In this document: positions 1-9,518 of the stretch, in pieces | Layout of the letters: every line of letters starts with the position of its first letter | Position numbering within the stretch: the stretch's first letter is position 1 | Assembly: GCA_016840095.1 (NCBI GenBank) | Contig: JAEOSZ010000031.1 | Span: 96,001-160,000 of the forward strand | Length of the DNA: 64,000 bases | Origin: Candidatus Heimdallarchaeota archaeon | GTDB taxonomy: Archaea > Asgardarchaeota > Heimdallarchaeia > Heimdallarchaeales > Heimdallarchaeaceae | Direction of reading: 5' to 3' | Program-made: the position numbers and the translations under genes | Notes under the pieces: generated by a model | Told to the model about the DNA's origin: nothing | Databases searched by the model: none | Seen by the model: only the letters and a program-made list of their open reading frames with translations

Positions 1-1
1 T

Positions 2-364
2 AGAGACAAATTATTATATGGTCTCCAAACAAGTATCGAAAGAACTGAAATTAATGGACCTTCAGGAGATAGAAGAGCACCAGACAATGTTAATATAAGC
101 TATATGGGTTGTGAAGGAGAAGCATTAACTGTTGAATGTAGTATGAACGGAATCTACGTTTCTAGCGGCTCTGCTTGCACTTCGAGAGTATTAATGCCAA
201 GTCATATACTTACAGCTATCGGGAGAAAGCCTGAAGAAGCACACGGCAGTTTGCTCATGAAGTTGAATCGACTGAATACTGAAGAGCAAGTTGATTATGT
301 TCTTGAAAGAATGCCAAAAGTCATTAAAAGAATTAGATCTATAACTGGAGGAATTGAACTTTAG
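2..364 (+). CDS. iscS: Cysteine desulfurase IscS/NifS, C-terminal part (5' truncated by window edge)
   Basis: Frame is open from base 2 (RDKLLYGL...NVNISYMGCEGE); class I motif SSGSACTS and PSHIL; directly upstream of iscU. Confidence 0.93.
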   Translation, partial: RDKLLYGLQTSIERTEINGPSGDRRAPDNVNISYMGCEGEALTVECSMNGIYVSSGSACTSRVLMPSHILTAIGRKPEEAHGSLLMKLNRLNTEEQVDYVLERMPKVIKRIRSITGGIEL

Positions 365-376
365 AGGAGATTAAAA

Positions 377-889
377 ATGTCGAGTAGAATACCTTTACCT
401 TACGCACCACGTGTTCTTGAATTATTTCAAAATCCACAAAATCTAGGACGAATGGAAGATGCAACAGTTTATGCATCAGCAGGTAGTCCTGCATGTGGAG
501 ATATGATTGCTTTTTATCTAAAATTAGATGAACCCAAAGGCCTCATTACTAAGTCTAGTTTTGAAAGCTATGGTTGTGCTTCAAATATTGCAGCTGCAAG
601 TCAACTTACAATTATGATAGAAAATAAATCTCTTGAAGAAGCCTGGAATATTAGTTGGGCTGAGATTTCTGAAGCTCTAGGAGGATTACCTTCTGTGAAA
701 ACACATTGTGGTTCTTTAGCAGTAGGGGCTTTGAGAAGAGCAGTTAGGGTTTATTATGAACAAAAGGAAATTCCGTTACCTTCTTGGTTACCAGAAGAAC
801 TTACTAAGGATGAAAAACATGCTTTAGAAGAAGAAGCTTTAGCAGAAAAGCTAGCAAAGAAGTATAAGATTCTTGAAAAAAGTGATTAA
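377..889 (+). CDS. iscU: Fe-S cluster scaffold IscU/NifU-N
   Basis: Motifs ACGDMI, YGCASNIA, LPSVKTHC (three conserved Cys); charged C-terminal extension. Confidence 0.93.
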   Translation: MSSRIPLPYAPRVLELFQNPQNLGRMEDATVYASAGSPACGDMIAFYLKLDEPKGLITKSSFESYGCASNIAAASQLTIMIENKSLEEAWNISWAEISEALGGLPSVKTHCGSLAVGALRRAVRVYYEQKEIPLPSWLPEELTKDEKHALEEEALAEKLAKKYKILEKSD

Positions 890-973
890 GTACATAGATT
901 ATCTGAAAGTCCTCTAAGCTTGTTTCTAAAAAATAAACAAAGGTTTTTATATTTTATTTAACCAATTCTAAAC

Positions 974-1189
974 ATGGCTGGGTATCGAATAATCTCATTG
1001 TTTCAAGCAGTGTTTGGTTTATTTCTAGCTCTATCGGTTTTTGATTTTGCTGATGCTATAGGTTTAAACGTTGCATTGAATTTTGGTATTTCTCCCTATT
1101 GGTCTGTTTATGCTTTTTGGGGATACATAATAGCAGTAATTGCAATTTTACAAGTAGTTAAAGCTTTTATTGTTAGAGAAAGAGAATAG
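974..1189 (+). CDS. Small membrane protein, 2 TM
   Basis: 71 aa with two hydrophobic segments; AT-rich promoter-like region upstream. Confidence 0.6.
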   Translation: MAGYRIISLFQAVFGLFLALSVFDFADAIGLNVALNFGISPYWSVYAFWGYIIAVIAILQVVKAFIVRERE

Positions 1190-1233
1190 AATTCACAAAC
1201 CTTTAATTCTCTTTATTTCTATTATTTTAACAC

Positions 1234-2211
1234 TCACGAAAGCATTTCCGGTATTGCTAAAACAATTGATCCTGCAATAATTATTAAAACTCCGAGAATC
1301 TGAGGTATCGATATTTTTTCCTTCAGAAAAATTCCACCTAAAATCATAACGAACAAAGGTGAAATTGAAGATATTGGCGTTGTTATTCCTGCAGATTGAA
1401 GTAGTTGAACAGCTGTGAAGAATACAGCCCCACCTCCAATCCAAGATACAGCTCCTCCAGCCATCAATATCAAAGCTTCTTTTCTTGGAGCAAATGTTTT
1501 ATCTCTGAATTTCTCTTTATTAACTAAGAATCTTGTTAATGCAAAAATAGCAACAAGCACTACCATCAATCCATTCCTAAGAGCCATTAATGGAATAACT
1601 TCTATTGTTAAATCCTCAAGTATTATTCTGTTGAAAACTATAGCTGTTCCCCAAAAAATAGCTGCAACAATTGATAATGAGATACCAACAGGAAGAACTT
1701 TCTTTTTCTGTTCATATTCTTTCACATCCATGGTATTCTCAATAGATCTCAAACTATTTCTGCTATCGCGTCTTGAGAAATAGGATATCATAATTACACC
1801 AGATGAGATGAGAAGAGTTCCCCCAATAATGAACCAAGTTATATTTTCGATTCTAGCTATTAAAAGTGTTAAAGTGGTGAAAATGGGATAGATTGAAGTT
1901 ATAGGTTGAGCTATTGAGACATCAATTTTCTTCAAAGCACTCAGTGAAAGAAAATCACCTAAGGTTAGAGTTAAAACTCCTAAAAATAACCAGAGAAGAT
2001 TTAATCCTGATGTAATTTTAGTATATGAATTTGTTCCATCAATTGCGAATCCAATGATAAGCAGAACAGGAATTGCAAATAATCCTTTGATATATGTTGC
2101 TGCTAATGGGCTAGTGTTTTTTACACCTACTTTGAAAATGACCATAGATGATCCCCAAGAAAAAGCAGCTGCAATCGACATTACAACTCCTACTGCAAAG
2201 CTAACCATCAT
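1234..2211 (-). CDS. EamA/DMT family transporter
   Basis: Two EamA-like halves (AAFSWG / AAIFWG; PITSIYP / PISSISP; FLKEKI), about 10 TM. Confidence 0.9.
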   Translation of the reverse strand: MMVSFAVGVVMSIAAAFSWGSSMVIFKVGVKNTSPLAATYIKGLFAIPVLLIIGFAIDGTNSYTKITSGLNLLWLFLGVLTLTLGDFLSLSALKKIDVSIAQPITSIYPIFTTLTLLIARIENITWFIIGGTLLISSGVIMISYFSRRDSRNSLRSIENTMDVKEYEQKKKVLPVGISLSIVAAIFWGTAIVFNRIILEDLTIEVIPLMALRNGLMVVLVAIFALTRFLVNKEKFRDKTFAPRKEALILMAGGAVSWIGGGAVFFTAVQLLQSAGITTPISSISPLFVMILGGIFLKEKISIPQILGVLIIIAGSIVLAIPEMLS

Positions 2212-2313
2212 CTTTGGATGAGAATCTTAATTCATAAACTTTTGTTTGAGGTGTTGAAATCTTTCATGAACAATATGTTTTTATTTTATTTCACTCGTTT
2301 TAGATTGATAATA

Positions 2314-2652
2314 ATGAGTAGAAATATACCTATCAAAGTAGAGAGAAGAGAAGATGTTCCAAACTTCTATGCTGAAAGCATTCAAATGGTGCATTCCATA
2401 TCGGGTTTTAAAATGATAATTTTCAAAGATCAAGCAGAATATGCAACAGAACCTAGTATAGGTCCAAATGCTCTAATTCCACGTACAATAATTAAAGAAA
2501 TAGTTTCTGAGGTGAGTTTCTCTCCACAACAACTTAAGATTCTTCAAAAAGTTGTTGAAGAACAAATCAATGCTTATGAATCACGTTTTGGAGAAATAAC
2601 TCTTCCTGAACAAACTAAGAAACAAGATAACACTACTGCAACTTTCATCTGA
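2314..2652 (+). CDS. DUF3467-like protein
   Basis: FYAESIQM...VSFSPQQLK...YESRFGEI pattern; start moved to ATG 2314. Confidence 0.75.
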   Translation: MSRNIPIKVERREDVPNFYAESIQMVHSISGFKMIIFKDQAEYATEPSIGPNALIPRTIIKEIVSEVSFSPQQLKILQKVVEEQINAYESRFGEITLPEQTKKQDNTTATFI

Positions 2653-2667
2653 ATTGAGAAAGTTACA

Positions 2668-3051
2668 CTACTCTTTCTCATTTTCAATTGTATCAATAGT
2701 TGCTAGTAAATCATCCAAACTGAAAGGTTTTCTTAGAAAATATGGGATTCCTAAATCTGCAACTTGATCTCTAGAAATTGTATCATCTGCTGTAGCTATA
2801 ATAATTTGTTTTTTGAGGGTTGGTGAAATCTCTATTAGTCTTTTCGCAACTTCTAATCCAGTTTTTTCAGGTATTCGGTTATCAATTAGAAAAACAATAT
2901 CCTCAATTTTTTCTTTTAATTGTTCAATTTTCTCTAATGCAACTCGACCACTAGAGACAATATCTTCAATTTCTATACCCTCTCTCTCAAAAAGTAATCT
3001 ATACAAATTGCTTATATCTTTCTCATCTTCTATGATATAGATTTTCTTCAT
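2668..3051 (-). CDS. Stand-alone response regulator receiver (CheY-like)
   Basis: IIEDE acidic pocket, LIDNRIP phospho-acceptor Asp, IATA, RKPF. Confidence 0.88.
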   Translation of the reverse strand: MKKIYIIEDEKDISNLYRLLFEREGIEIEDIVSSGRVALEKIEQLKEKIEDIVFLIDNRIPEKTGLEVAKRLIEISPTLKKQIIIATADDTISRDQVADLGIPYFLRKPFSLDDLLATIDTIENEKE

Positions 3052-3164
3052 AGGACCTCACTATTCGATAACGGATTTGAAGAGGACTATTAAATATTTC
3101 GAAATTTTGACTAACGTTGAAAAATTAACAAAAATCTTTTAAGACAAGTAAAGAACTATTTATC

Positions 3165-3788
3165 ATGAAAAAGAACTCTTCTCTGGTTGCACTAGTTCTT
3201 ATTGTAATAGTACTAGCATCTGTTACATCAGTTAAAGCTGAGAAATTCGAATGGGACTATAATGTTAATACAGGTGCATCAAGTAGCAGAGAATTCTTTG
3301 TAACAAAAGATAATCAATTTATCCAACTAACAGTTGAGGTTCATCAAGGAGGACCAATCAATATATTCGTATTTAATAATCAAACTTTTCTCGATTGGAA
3401 TGATGGTTTCCCTGCAACTCCTGATGGTTTTGTTATTGCTTTATTTGGGGAAGCAAATATCACAGAGGGAACAAAAATTACTATAGATGGGTATCTTGGA
3501 CCTGCATTTAATTATACTGTTGAATCAATTTCTATAGGTGAAGAAACCAATACATATAATGGAACTGAAACTCTAACTACCACACTATATAACGTACGTA
3601 CTACATCAAATTATCAAGAAGCATATTATGTTATAGTGGATAACAGATCTGGAGATAGACCAGCTATAGTATCTGTAACAGCTGTTTCGACAGTTGATGC
3701 AGCAAATATTGTATCTGCTCTTGGGGGGATAATACTAGTAGCATTAGTATTCTCAAAGAGGAAGAAATGGAAAAAGTCCCCTTTTTAG
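3165..3788 (+). CDS. Secreted, C-terminally anchored beta-sandwich (GOLD/p24-like) protein
   Basis: Signal peptide (..VKA), GGPINIFV and YYVIVDN motifs, C-terminal TM with basic tail. Confidence 0.55.
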   Translation: MKKNSSLVALVLIVIVLASVTSVKAEKFEWDYNVNTGASSSREFFVTKDNQFIQLTVEVHQGGPINIFVFNNQTFLDWNDGFPATPDGFVIALFGEANITEGTKITIDGYLGPAFNYTVESISIGEETNTYNGTETLTTTLYNVRTTSNYQEAYYVIVDNRSGDRPAIVSVTAVSTVDAANIVSALGGIILVALVFSKRKKWKKSPF

Positions 3789-3855
3789 TGTTGGAATAAG
3801 TAAGATTATTATACATCCTTTCTATTTGAAATTATCAAATACATTTGGTGTTATT

Positions 3856-4170
3856 ATGGTTAATGTTCCACATGATGAAGCTGTTAACTTTAGATACGAT
3901 ATTGTAACTGTTATTCAGAACAAAGAAATAACTAAAGAAAATCTGAAGGAATTCTCAGCGAAAGTAAAAGAGAATATTGTTAGTAATTGCACAGGTGATA
4001 GTTTAGCAATAACAGGAATGAGAGGGATGCTCAAAGTTCATTGGCATGCTGACGATCCTGCAGAAGTATTAAAGGTTCTAGAACAATTTGGAACTGTCCT
4101 ATCTCATGATGTTGAAGATATGAAGGAACAATACGAAATTTACAAAGCAAAACAACAACAAAATGAGTGA
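3856..4170 (+). CDS. Stand-alone FakA/DAK2-associated middle domain protein
   Basis: FRYD...GDSLAI...KVHWHADDP...EDMKEQ resembles the GDS...KVHVHTDDP...DM motif of fatty-acid kinase A; ATG at 3856. Confidence 0.7.
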   Translation: MVNVPHDEAVNFRYDIVTVIQNKEITKENLKEFSAKVKENIVSNCTGDSLAITGMRGMLKVHWHADDPAEVLKVLEQFGTVLSHDVEDMKEQYEIYKAKQQQNE

Positions 4171-4556
4171 AAATGTCACAAATTTCCCAAATACATCTCT
4201 ATTTTTCTTTATGTAAAGATTGTGGAGAATGTTGTTTCGAGTGTGGTTTTTTAGACAAATATACAGGATGTTCTAATGAAGACTTCAGAGTGAGATCTAG
4301 ATGTTCCTCTTTTCCAATAGTTTATGGTAATCCAGAAAGTATGGGACATAAGGATTTGTGGGGAAATATCTCTTCTACAAGAACAGATTGTAATAATAAA
4401 TGGTTCTTGATAGAATTCGAAAAATGCCTTCTTCTCCAAGATGAAGTTTTCTTTCACCACCTTAGATGGATTATTGAAGAAATAAATAATGGAAAAGATA
4501 TTTCTGGTTTTGTTGTTAGTTCAAAAGATGCTATTTTGACAGTAAATCCAAAGTGA
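4167..4556 (+). CDS. YkgJ-like cysteine-cluster (Fe-S/Zn) protein
   Basis: CKDCGECC...CGFL...GC...RCSSFP; overlaps upstream stop. Confidence 0.6.
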   Translation: MKMSQISQIHLYFSLCKDCGECCFECGFLDKYTGCSNEDFRVRSRCSSFPIVYGNPESMGHKDLWGNISSTRTDCNNKWFLIEFEKCLLLQDEVFFHHLRWIIEEINNGKDISGFVVSSKDAILTVNPK

Positions 4557-4609
4557 AGTATTTAAAATGTTAGCAAAAATTCAAAATACATCACAGAAAG
4601 AGTCAATTA

Positions 4610-7129
4610 ATGTCTAAGAGAATGCGTTTGGCAAGGAGGTTGACCATATACATTGTTTTGGTTCTCTTCATTTTGATGTTTTTGATAAATGGAACCATCA
4701 TTTTGGTAATGGAATTAAGGATAAAGAATATATCACAAGAAGCCTCAGAAGAATATTTGCAGGCCAAAATACAAAGTATGAATGTTTCTACTTACCAGTT
4801 TGTTCAGTCGTTCGATCATCTCGTAGGAGGACTGAAATTAGAATTAAATAACACTGTTATGACAATTAGAAATCAACTTTTTTCTAATGAAGCTAACAAC
4901 ATATATGAGCATAGTTCGATCATGTTCAATGATACAGACGAGTATGTTTATGTAAATGCATCACTAGAGATGGAAGTAGATAGAGAAGACAATCTAGGCT
5001 TTTATGACTATGATAACAATGGGATAAATGATTTTGAAACTACTGGAAGTTCTCTATACGGTGATGTTGATTCTCAACTTAATGTGTCTGGTGAATTCTA
5101 TTTACAAGTAAACGCTTCTTTTGAAGGTGAACTCTCTAACCAAAGTTCAGTGCTAATTTATGCACATAGAGGTGATGAAGTTCTAACCATCAACATAACT
5201 GAATACTATATTAACGATTATTCAAACTCCTTCAATAATCAATTTCTGAATCTATGGAATCAAGATAATTACACCTTTCCCTTGGAGTTAGAGGAGGAAC
5301 TAACATTACTTGATGTAGATTATCTAGATACATTTTTCTTGATAAAAGAACCTTATACAGATACTAATTGTTCAATAGTTTCTAGCGGTCTAAAATCCCG
5401 AATTGAGGGATGTATTAATGGAACTTTGTTTGGACAATATAATGGGCTAATTAGAGGAAACTTAAACGGTACAGCTTCTGGTTTCATCGATACCAGACCA
5501 AAAGATATGTATGATATGATGCTCCCTCTATTGAATCCAGTTTTACAGTGGGTTTACTTTGCAACTCCAAATTATATTCTTATTTTTCCATGGTTTCCTG
5601 ATTATGGAAATTCATCTCCTTTAGGACTATCTGCTGACTTCGATTGGACTAGAAGACCTTGGTATAGTGAATTACATGCTGCCGAAGATGCATCTACAAA
5701 TAAAGGATTAGAAAGTCATTTTTCAGATCTTGGTGTTGACTATGTACATCAAAATATCTTCATCTCTCTTGGACAAGCAGTTTACAATGAAACAAGTGAT
5801 TTTCAAGGATTTTGGGTCTTAGACCTTAACCTCGATTACTTGATGAATACACTAGAGCTAAGAATAACTGATGATGATTATTCATTGATAATAAATGTAG
5901 ACAAGGAAATACTATTATCTCCACAATATGCAGCGAATGTTTCAAGAAAACCAAAAGAAGAATTCCCAACTGAAAACATGGAAGATTATGAGAATCCTGA
6001 TCTTCAAGAATGTGTAAATGATGTAATAAATTTCCAAACAGGATATAGAATATTTACACACAATGAGACTCTTTATTTGTTATTGTATCAGCCAATTTAC
6101 TCAATACCCTGGTTCATGTTACATTTTTCACCTTTTGACTTAGTAATGGAAGACTTTGATCCAATTTTAGATACACTCCTGAAAAATATGAGATCCTTAG
6201 AAGTTGTGCTAATAATTGTTTCTATATCAATTATTGGTTTTGTTGGAACAGTATCATTATTCTTTGCTGTTAAGTTCACAAATTATGCTGTAACACTACT
6301 TAACGGAATGAAAGCCATTTCGGATGGAGATTTCAGTGTAAGTTTTGATGTTTCAGAAAAACGTCGGCTTAATGAAGTAAGTGAAGTGTATTTTGCTTTT
6401 GAGGAAATGGCTCTCAAACTTGATGAATCAATTAGAAAAGAGAGAGAGTCAGCTCATTTGGCTGAGCTTGCAATGGACTTGTTCACTCACGATTTGAGTA
6501 ATTATCATCAAGCAATACTTGGATACTTAGAACTAGCAAAAATGAATGGTCTTGATTCTAAAGAAAATCTGAAACACATTGATCAATCTATACGAGTCTT
6601 GAAGAGAGCAGATGAAGTTAAGGATAGAATAAGAAAACTAAGTGGTCTGGAAAAATTCTCTGAACCTTTCATTCAAAGAACTCTAGGATCTTATATTGAT
6701 AGTGCGATTACAACAATAGAAAAAACTTATCCTGATTATATTATAACTATTGTTCGAGACTTCGATTCTAAAATAGAGATTACTGCAAATGAATTCATTG
6801 AAGATGTTTTTACAAATATTTTTGAAAATTCTATCCATTCTGCAAAAAATCATCAGATAGACTTCAAGATAGCAGCTACAAGAACAAAGAAAAACCAAAA
6901 GAATTTCTGGGAGATTTCTATTGAAGATAATGGAAAAGGAATCTCTGACGAAAGAAAAGAACAAATTCTTAGCAGTTTTGAAACAGGACAGAGAATACGG
7001 GGGCTAGGAATGATGTTTATCTATCGAATTGTCAAAGCATATGAAGGTAGTATACGACTAGAAGATAGAATAGAGGGAGATTATTCACAAGGAGCAAAAA
7101 TCATCTTCAGTATAAGAGATTACGAATAA
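4610..7129 (+). CDS. Membrane sensor histidine kinase (extracellular Cache-like, HAMP, HisKA, HATPase)
   Basis: Two TMs, DWTRRPWY Cache motif, HAMP, H-box FTHDLSN, N-box NIFENS, DNGKGI, GLG. Confidence 0.92.
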   Translation: MSKRMRLARRLTIYIVLVLFILMFLINGTIILVMELRIKNISQEASEEYLQAKIQSMNVSTYQFVQSFDHLVGGLKLELNNTVMTIRNQLFSNEANNIYEHSSIMFNDTDEYVYVNASLEMEVDREDNLGFYDYDNNGINDFETTGSSLYGDVDSQLNVSGEFYLQVNASFEGELSNQSSVLIYAHRGDEVLTINITEYYINDYSNSFNNQFLNLWNQDNYTFPLELEEELTLLDVDYLDTFFLIKEPYTDTNCSIVSSGLKSRIEGCINGTLFGQYNGLIRGNLNGTASGFIDTRPKDMYDMMLPLLNPVLQWVYFATPNYILIFPWFPDYGNSSPLGLSADFDWTRRPWYSELHAAEDASTNKGLESHFSDLGVDYVHQNIFISLGQAVYNETSDFQGFWVLDLNLDYLMNTLELRITDDDYSLIINVDKEILLSPQYAANVSRKPKEEFPTENMEDYENPDLQECVNDVINFQTGYRIFTHNETLYLLLYQPIYSIPWFMLHFSPFDLVMEDFDPILDTLLKNMRSLEVVLIIVSISIIGFVGTVSLFFAVKFTNYAVTLLNGMKAISDGDFSVSFDVSEKRRLNEVSEVYFAFEEMALKLDESIRKERESAHLAELAMDLFTHDLSNYHQAILGYLELAKMNGLDSKENLKHIDQSIRVLKRADEVKDRIRKLSGLEKFSEPFIQRTLGSYIDSAITTIEKTYPDYIITIVRDFDSKIEITANEFIEDVFTNIFENSIHSAKNHQIDFKIAATRTKKNQKNFWEISIEDNGKGISDERKEQILSSFETGQRIRGLGMMFIYRIVKAYEGSIRLEDRIEGDYSQGAKIIFSIRDYE

Positions 7130-7134
7130 GAAAA

Positions 7135-7455
7135 CTATTCCTTGAGTTCTTCTTTTTCTTCCTCATTCTTCTCTTCCTGTCGTTTATTGTAGTCTCTTAC
7201 GTCTTCTCTTAAACTTCTAAATAAAGGTATGACAACAAGAAAAATTATCACAGCTGTCAGAACAATGCTAAAAATAACCCAAGGTGTTTCAATAATCCCT
7301 TTCCCTATCCATAAATCTCTGATTCCCAAACCTGCAGAGACTGCCCACAGTATAGAAATTGCTGCTAAAGCTATATATTTTCCTGTTTTTGATAATTTGA
7401 TCTCAACTTCAGTAGATTGAATGTCTTCAGCCTCATTGTCTTCAGTATCTGACAT
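7135..7455 (-). CDS. Small membrane protein, 2 TM
   Basis: Acidic termini around two hydrophobic helices. Confidence 0.65.
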   Translation of the reverse strand: MSDTEDNEAEDIQSTEVEIKLSKTGKYIALAAISILWAVSAGLGIRDLWIGKGIIETPWVIFSIVLTAVIIFLVVIPLFRSLREDVRDYNKRQEEKNEEEKEELKE

Positions 7456-7585
7456 AAGTTGGAAAAATCAAAAGGTTTCTTAACTTTTTGGATGAATGAT
7501 GATTTATCAAATTTAGATAAAGAATGTGATTTCATAAGTAAATATTTAAAAATTAATTAGAAAAGAAAAACTGAAGGTGTAAGCC

Positions 7586-8650
7586 ATGAGTTACGAAATA
7601 AATGAAGAATTCTTAGAAAAACTAGTAACAACACCACGAGCTACAGGGTATGAATTCCCAGCTCAAGTTGTTATGAAAGAATACTTAGAGAATGATGTTG
7701 ATAAAGTAAAGGTGGATAATGTAGGTAACTTGTATGCTATAATAAATCCAGAAAGTCCTTTCAAAATTATGCTGGCCGGTCATATTGACCAGATAGGTTT
7801 CCAAATCTCCCACATAGATGATAATGGGTATCTGTGGATACAGCCCTTGGGTGGATTTGATACTTCAACAATCCCAGGAAAAAGAGTTAGAGTTATTTCT
7901 GAAAAAGGAGAATTTCTTGGTGTTTTAGGAAAAAAAGCAATCCATTTAATGAAACCAGATGAAAGGAAAAAAGCTCCAGAAATGGAGAAACTTTTCATAG
8001 ACATTGGTGCTAAGGATAAGGAGGAAGCTCTAACTAAAGTAGATGTTGGAGACTTTGCCGTTTGGGACTATGGATATCAGAGATTAGGTGATAATAACTT
8101 CGCAGTATCCTCAGGTTTTGATGATGCTATAGGTTCTTTTATTGTTGCAGAAATAATGAAAGAACTAGCGAAGGATAAAAGCTTCTATGCTGGAGTATAT
8201 GGTGTATCTACAGTACAGGAAGAAATTGGTCTTAGAGGTGCTCATGTAGCAGCTGAAAAGATCAAACCAGATGTAGGTATTGCATTTGATGTAGGTTTTG
8301 CTGCAGATGCTCCAGAAATCGAGAAAAAGATGGTTGGAGATACAAAACTTGGAGGAGGACCTATTATTTCAATGGGACCAAATTTCAACCCAGTAGTTGT
8401 TAAAAAGTTCTTTAAACTAGCTGAAGAAACAGATATACCTTATCAGAAACATGCAGCAAATAGGGGAACTGGAACAGATGCAAATGCTATCCAATTATCA
8501 GGAGCTGCAACTGGTCTATTAGGGATTCCTAACAGATACATGCATACAGCTTCTGAAGTTATAAGCCTAGATGATATAAAAAATATCATTAATCTGGTTG
8601 TAGTATTCATTAAATCAATAAAAGAAGGAGATAATTTCTTACCTCTTTAA
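7586..8650 (+). CDS. M42 family (TET-like) aminopeptidase
   Basis: AGHIDQIG, FDD, VQEEIGLRGA, GTDA, RYMHT. Confidence 0.93.
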   Translation: MSYEINEEFLEKLVTTPRATGYEFPAQVVMKEYLENDVDKVKVDNVGNLYAIINPESPFKIMLAGHIDQIGFQISHIDDNGYLWIQPLGGFDTSTIPGKRVRVISEKGEFLGVLGKKAIHLMKPDERKKAPEMEKLFIDIGAKDKEEALTKVDVGDFAVWDYGYQRLGDNNFAVSSGFDDAIGSFIVAEIMKELAKDKSFYAGVYGVSTVQEEIGLRGAHVAAEKIKPDVGIAFDVGFAADAPEIEKKMVGDTKLGGGPIISMGPNFNPVVVKKFFKLAEETDIPYQKHAANRGTGTDANAIQLSGAATGLLGIPNRYMHTASEVISLDDIKNIINLVVVFIKSIKEGDNFLPL

Positions 8651-8663
8651 TTTCCCTTTTTTT
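8651..8663 (+). terminator. Putative oligo-T terminator between convergent genes
   Basis: tttccctttttt immediately after the M42 stop codon. Confidence 0.4.
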
Positions 8664-9500
8664 CTATTCTATTAACATTGTATAGTCAAAATTGGTAACT
8701 GAATGGGTTAATGCTCCAGAAGATATTAGGTCTACGCCTTCTAAAGCATATGAACTGAGATTTTCAAGATTTATATTACCTGATAGTTCAATTAATGAGT
8801 CGTTTTTGATTGACTTAACCTTAGGAATTGTTTTCCTTGCTAGTTCGGGTGAAAAATTATCTAACATAATTATATCTGCCCCAGCATTTGCTGCTTCCAA
8901 AGCTTGATCTTCATTTTGAACTTCAACTTCAATCTTTTTGCTAAAGCTTGTCTCACTTTTAGCTTTTTGAATAGCTTCTGTTAACGATCTAAAGCTTCTA
9001 AGATGGTTTTCTTTCAAAAGAACATTGTCCGATAAATTAAATCTGTGAGTATCCCCTCCTCCAATAACTACAGCATATTTATCGTATTTACCCAAACCAG
9101 GAACTACTTTTCTAGTAGCACAAATTCTAAGACTTGGATTGGTTTTTTGAGCAATTTCAGCCATCTTAGAAGTTTGAGTTGCAATTCCTGAAAGTCTTCC
9201 AAGTATATTAAGAGAAACTCTTTCAGCTTGTAGAAGACTGAGTATATCTCCTTTAACAATTGCAACAGCTGTTTTCGGTGAGACACTTTCTCCTTCATTT
9301 ACTAGTATTTCACACTCTGCACCTAAGAATTCAAAAATGCGTTTAACAAAAAGGAGACCTGCAACAATACCTGCTTGTTTAGTATAGATTTTACCTTCAG
9401 CCTTTTTACTTGGCAACAAAGATGTTGTTACATCCCAATAAGGAATATCTTCCTCAATCCATTTTTTAATGTCTTCATCAACTAAAACTAAGGGGATCAT
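8664..9500 (-). CDS. nadC: Quinolinate phosphoribosyltransferase
   Basis: AERVSLN, ATRK, HRFNLSD, LKENH, IEVEV, IIMLDN, SGNI, GALTHS. Confidence 0.96.
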   Translation of the reverse strand: MIPLVLVDEDIKKWIEEDIPYWDVTTSLLPSKKAEGKIYTKQAGIVAGLLFVKRIFEFLGAECEILVNEGESVSPKTAVAIVKGDILSLLQAERVSLNILGRLSGIATQTSKMAEIAQKTNPSLRICATRKVVPGLGKYDKYAVVIGGGDTHRFNLSDNVLLKENHLRSFRSLTEAIQKAKSETSFSKKIEVEVQNEDQALEAANAGADIIMLDNFSPELARKTIPKVKSIKNDSLIELSGNINLENLSSYALEGVDLISSGALTHSVTNFDYTMLIE

Positions 9501-9518
9501 CTGTTTTTGACTCTCTTC

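Noticed and set aside
3760-3788. Canonical KKXX ER-retrieval signal
   Set aside because: Lysines are at -4/-5, not -3/-4 or -3/-5; basic tails follow most TM anchors in this window.
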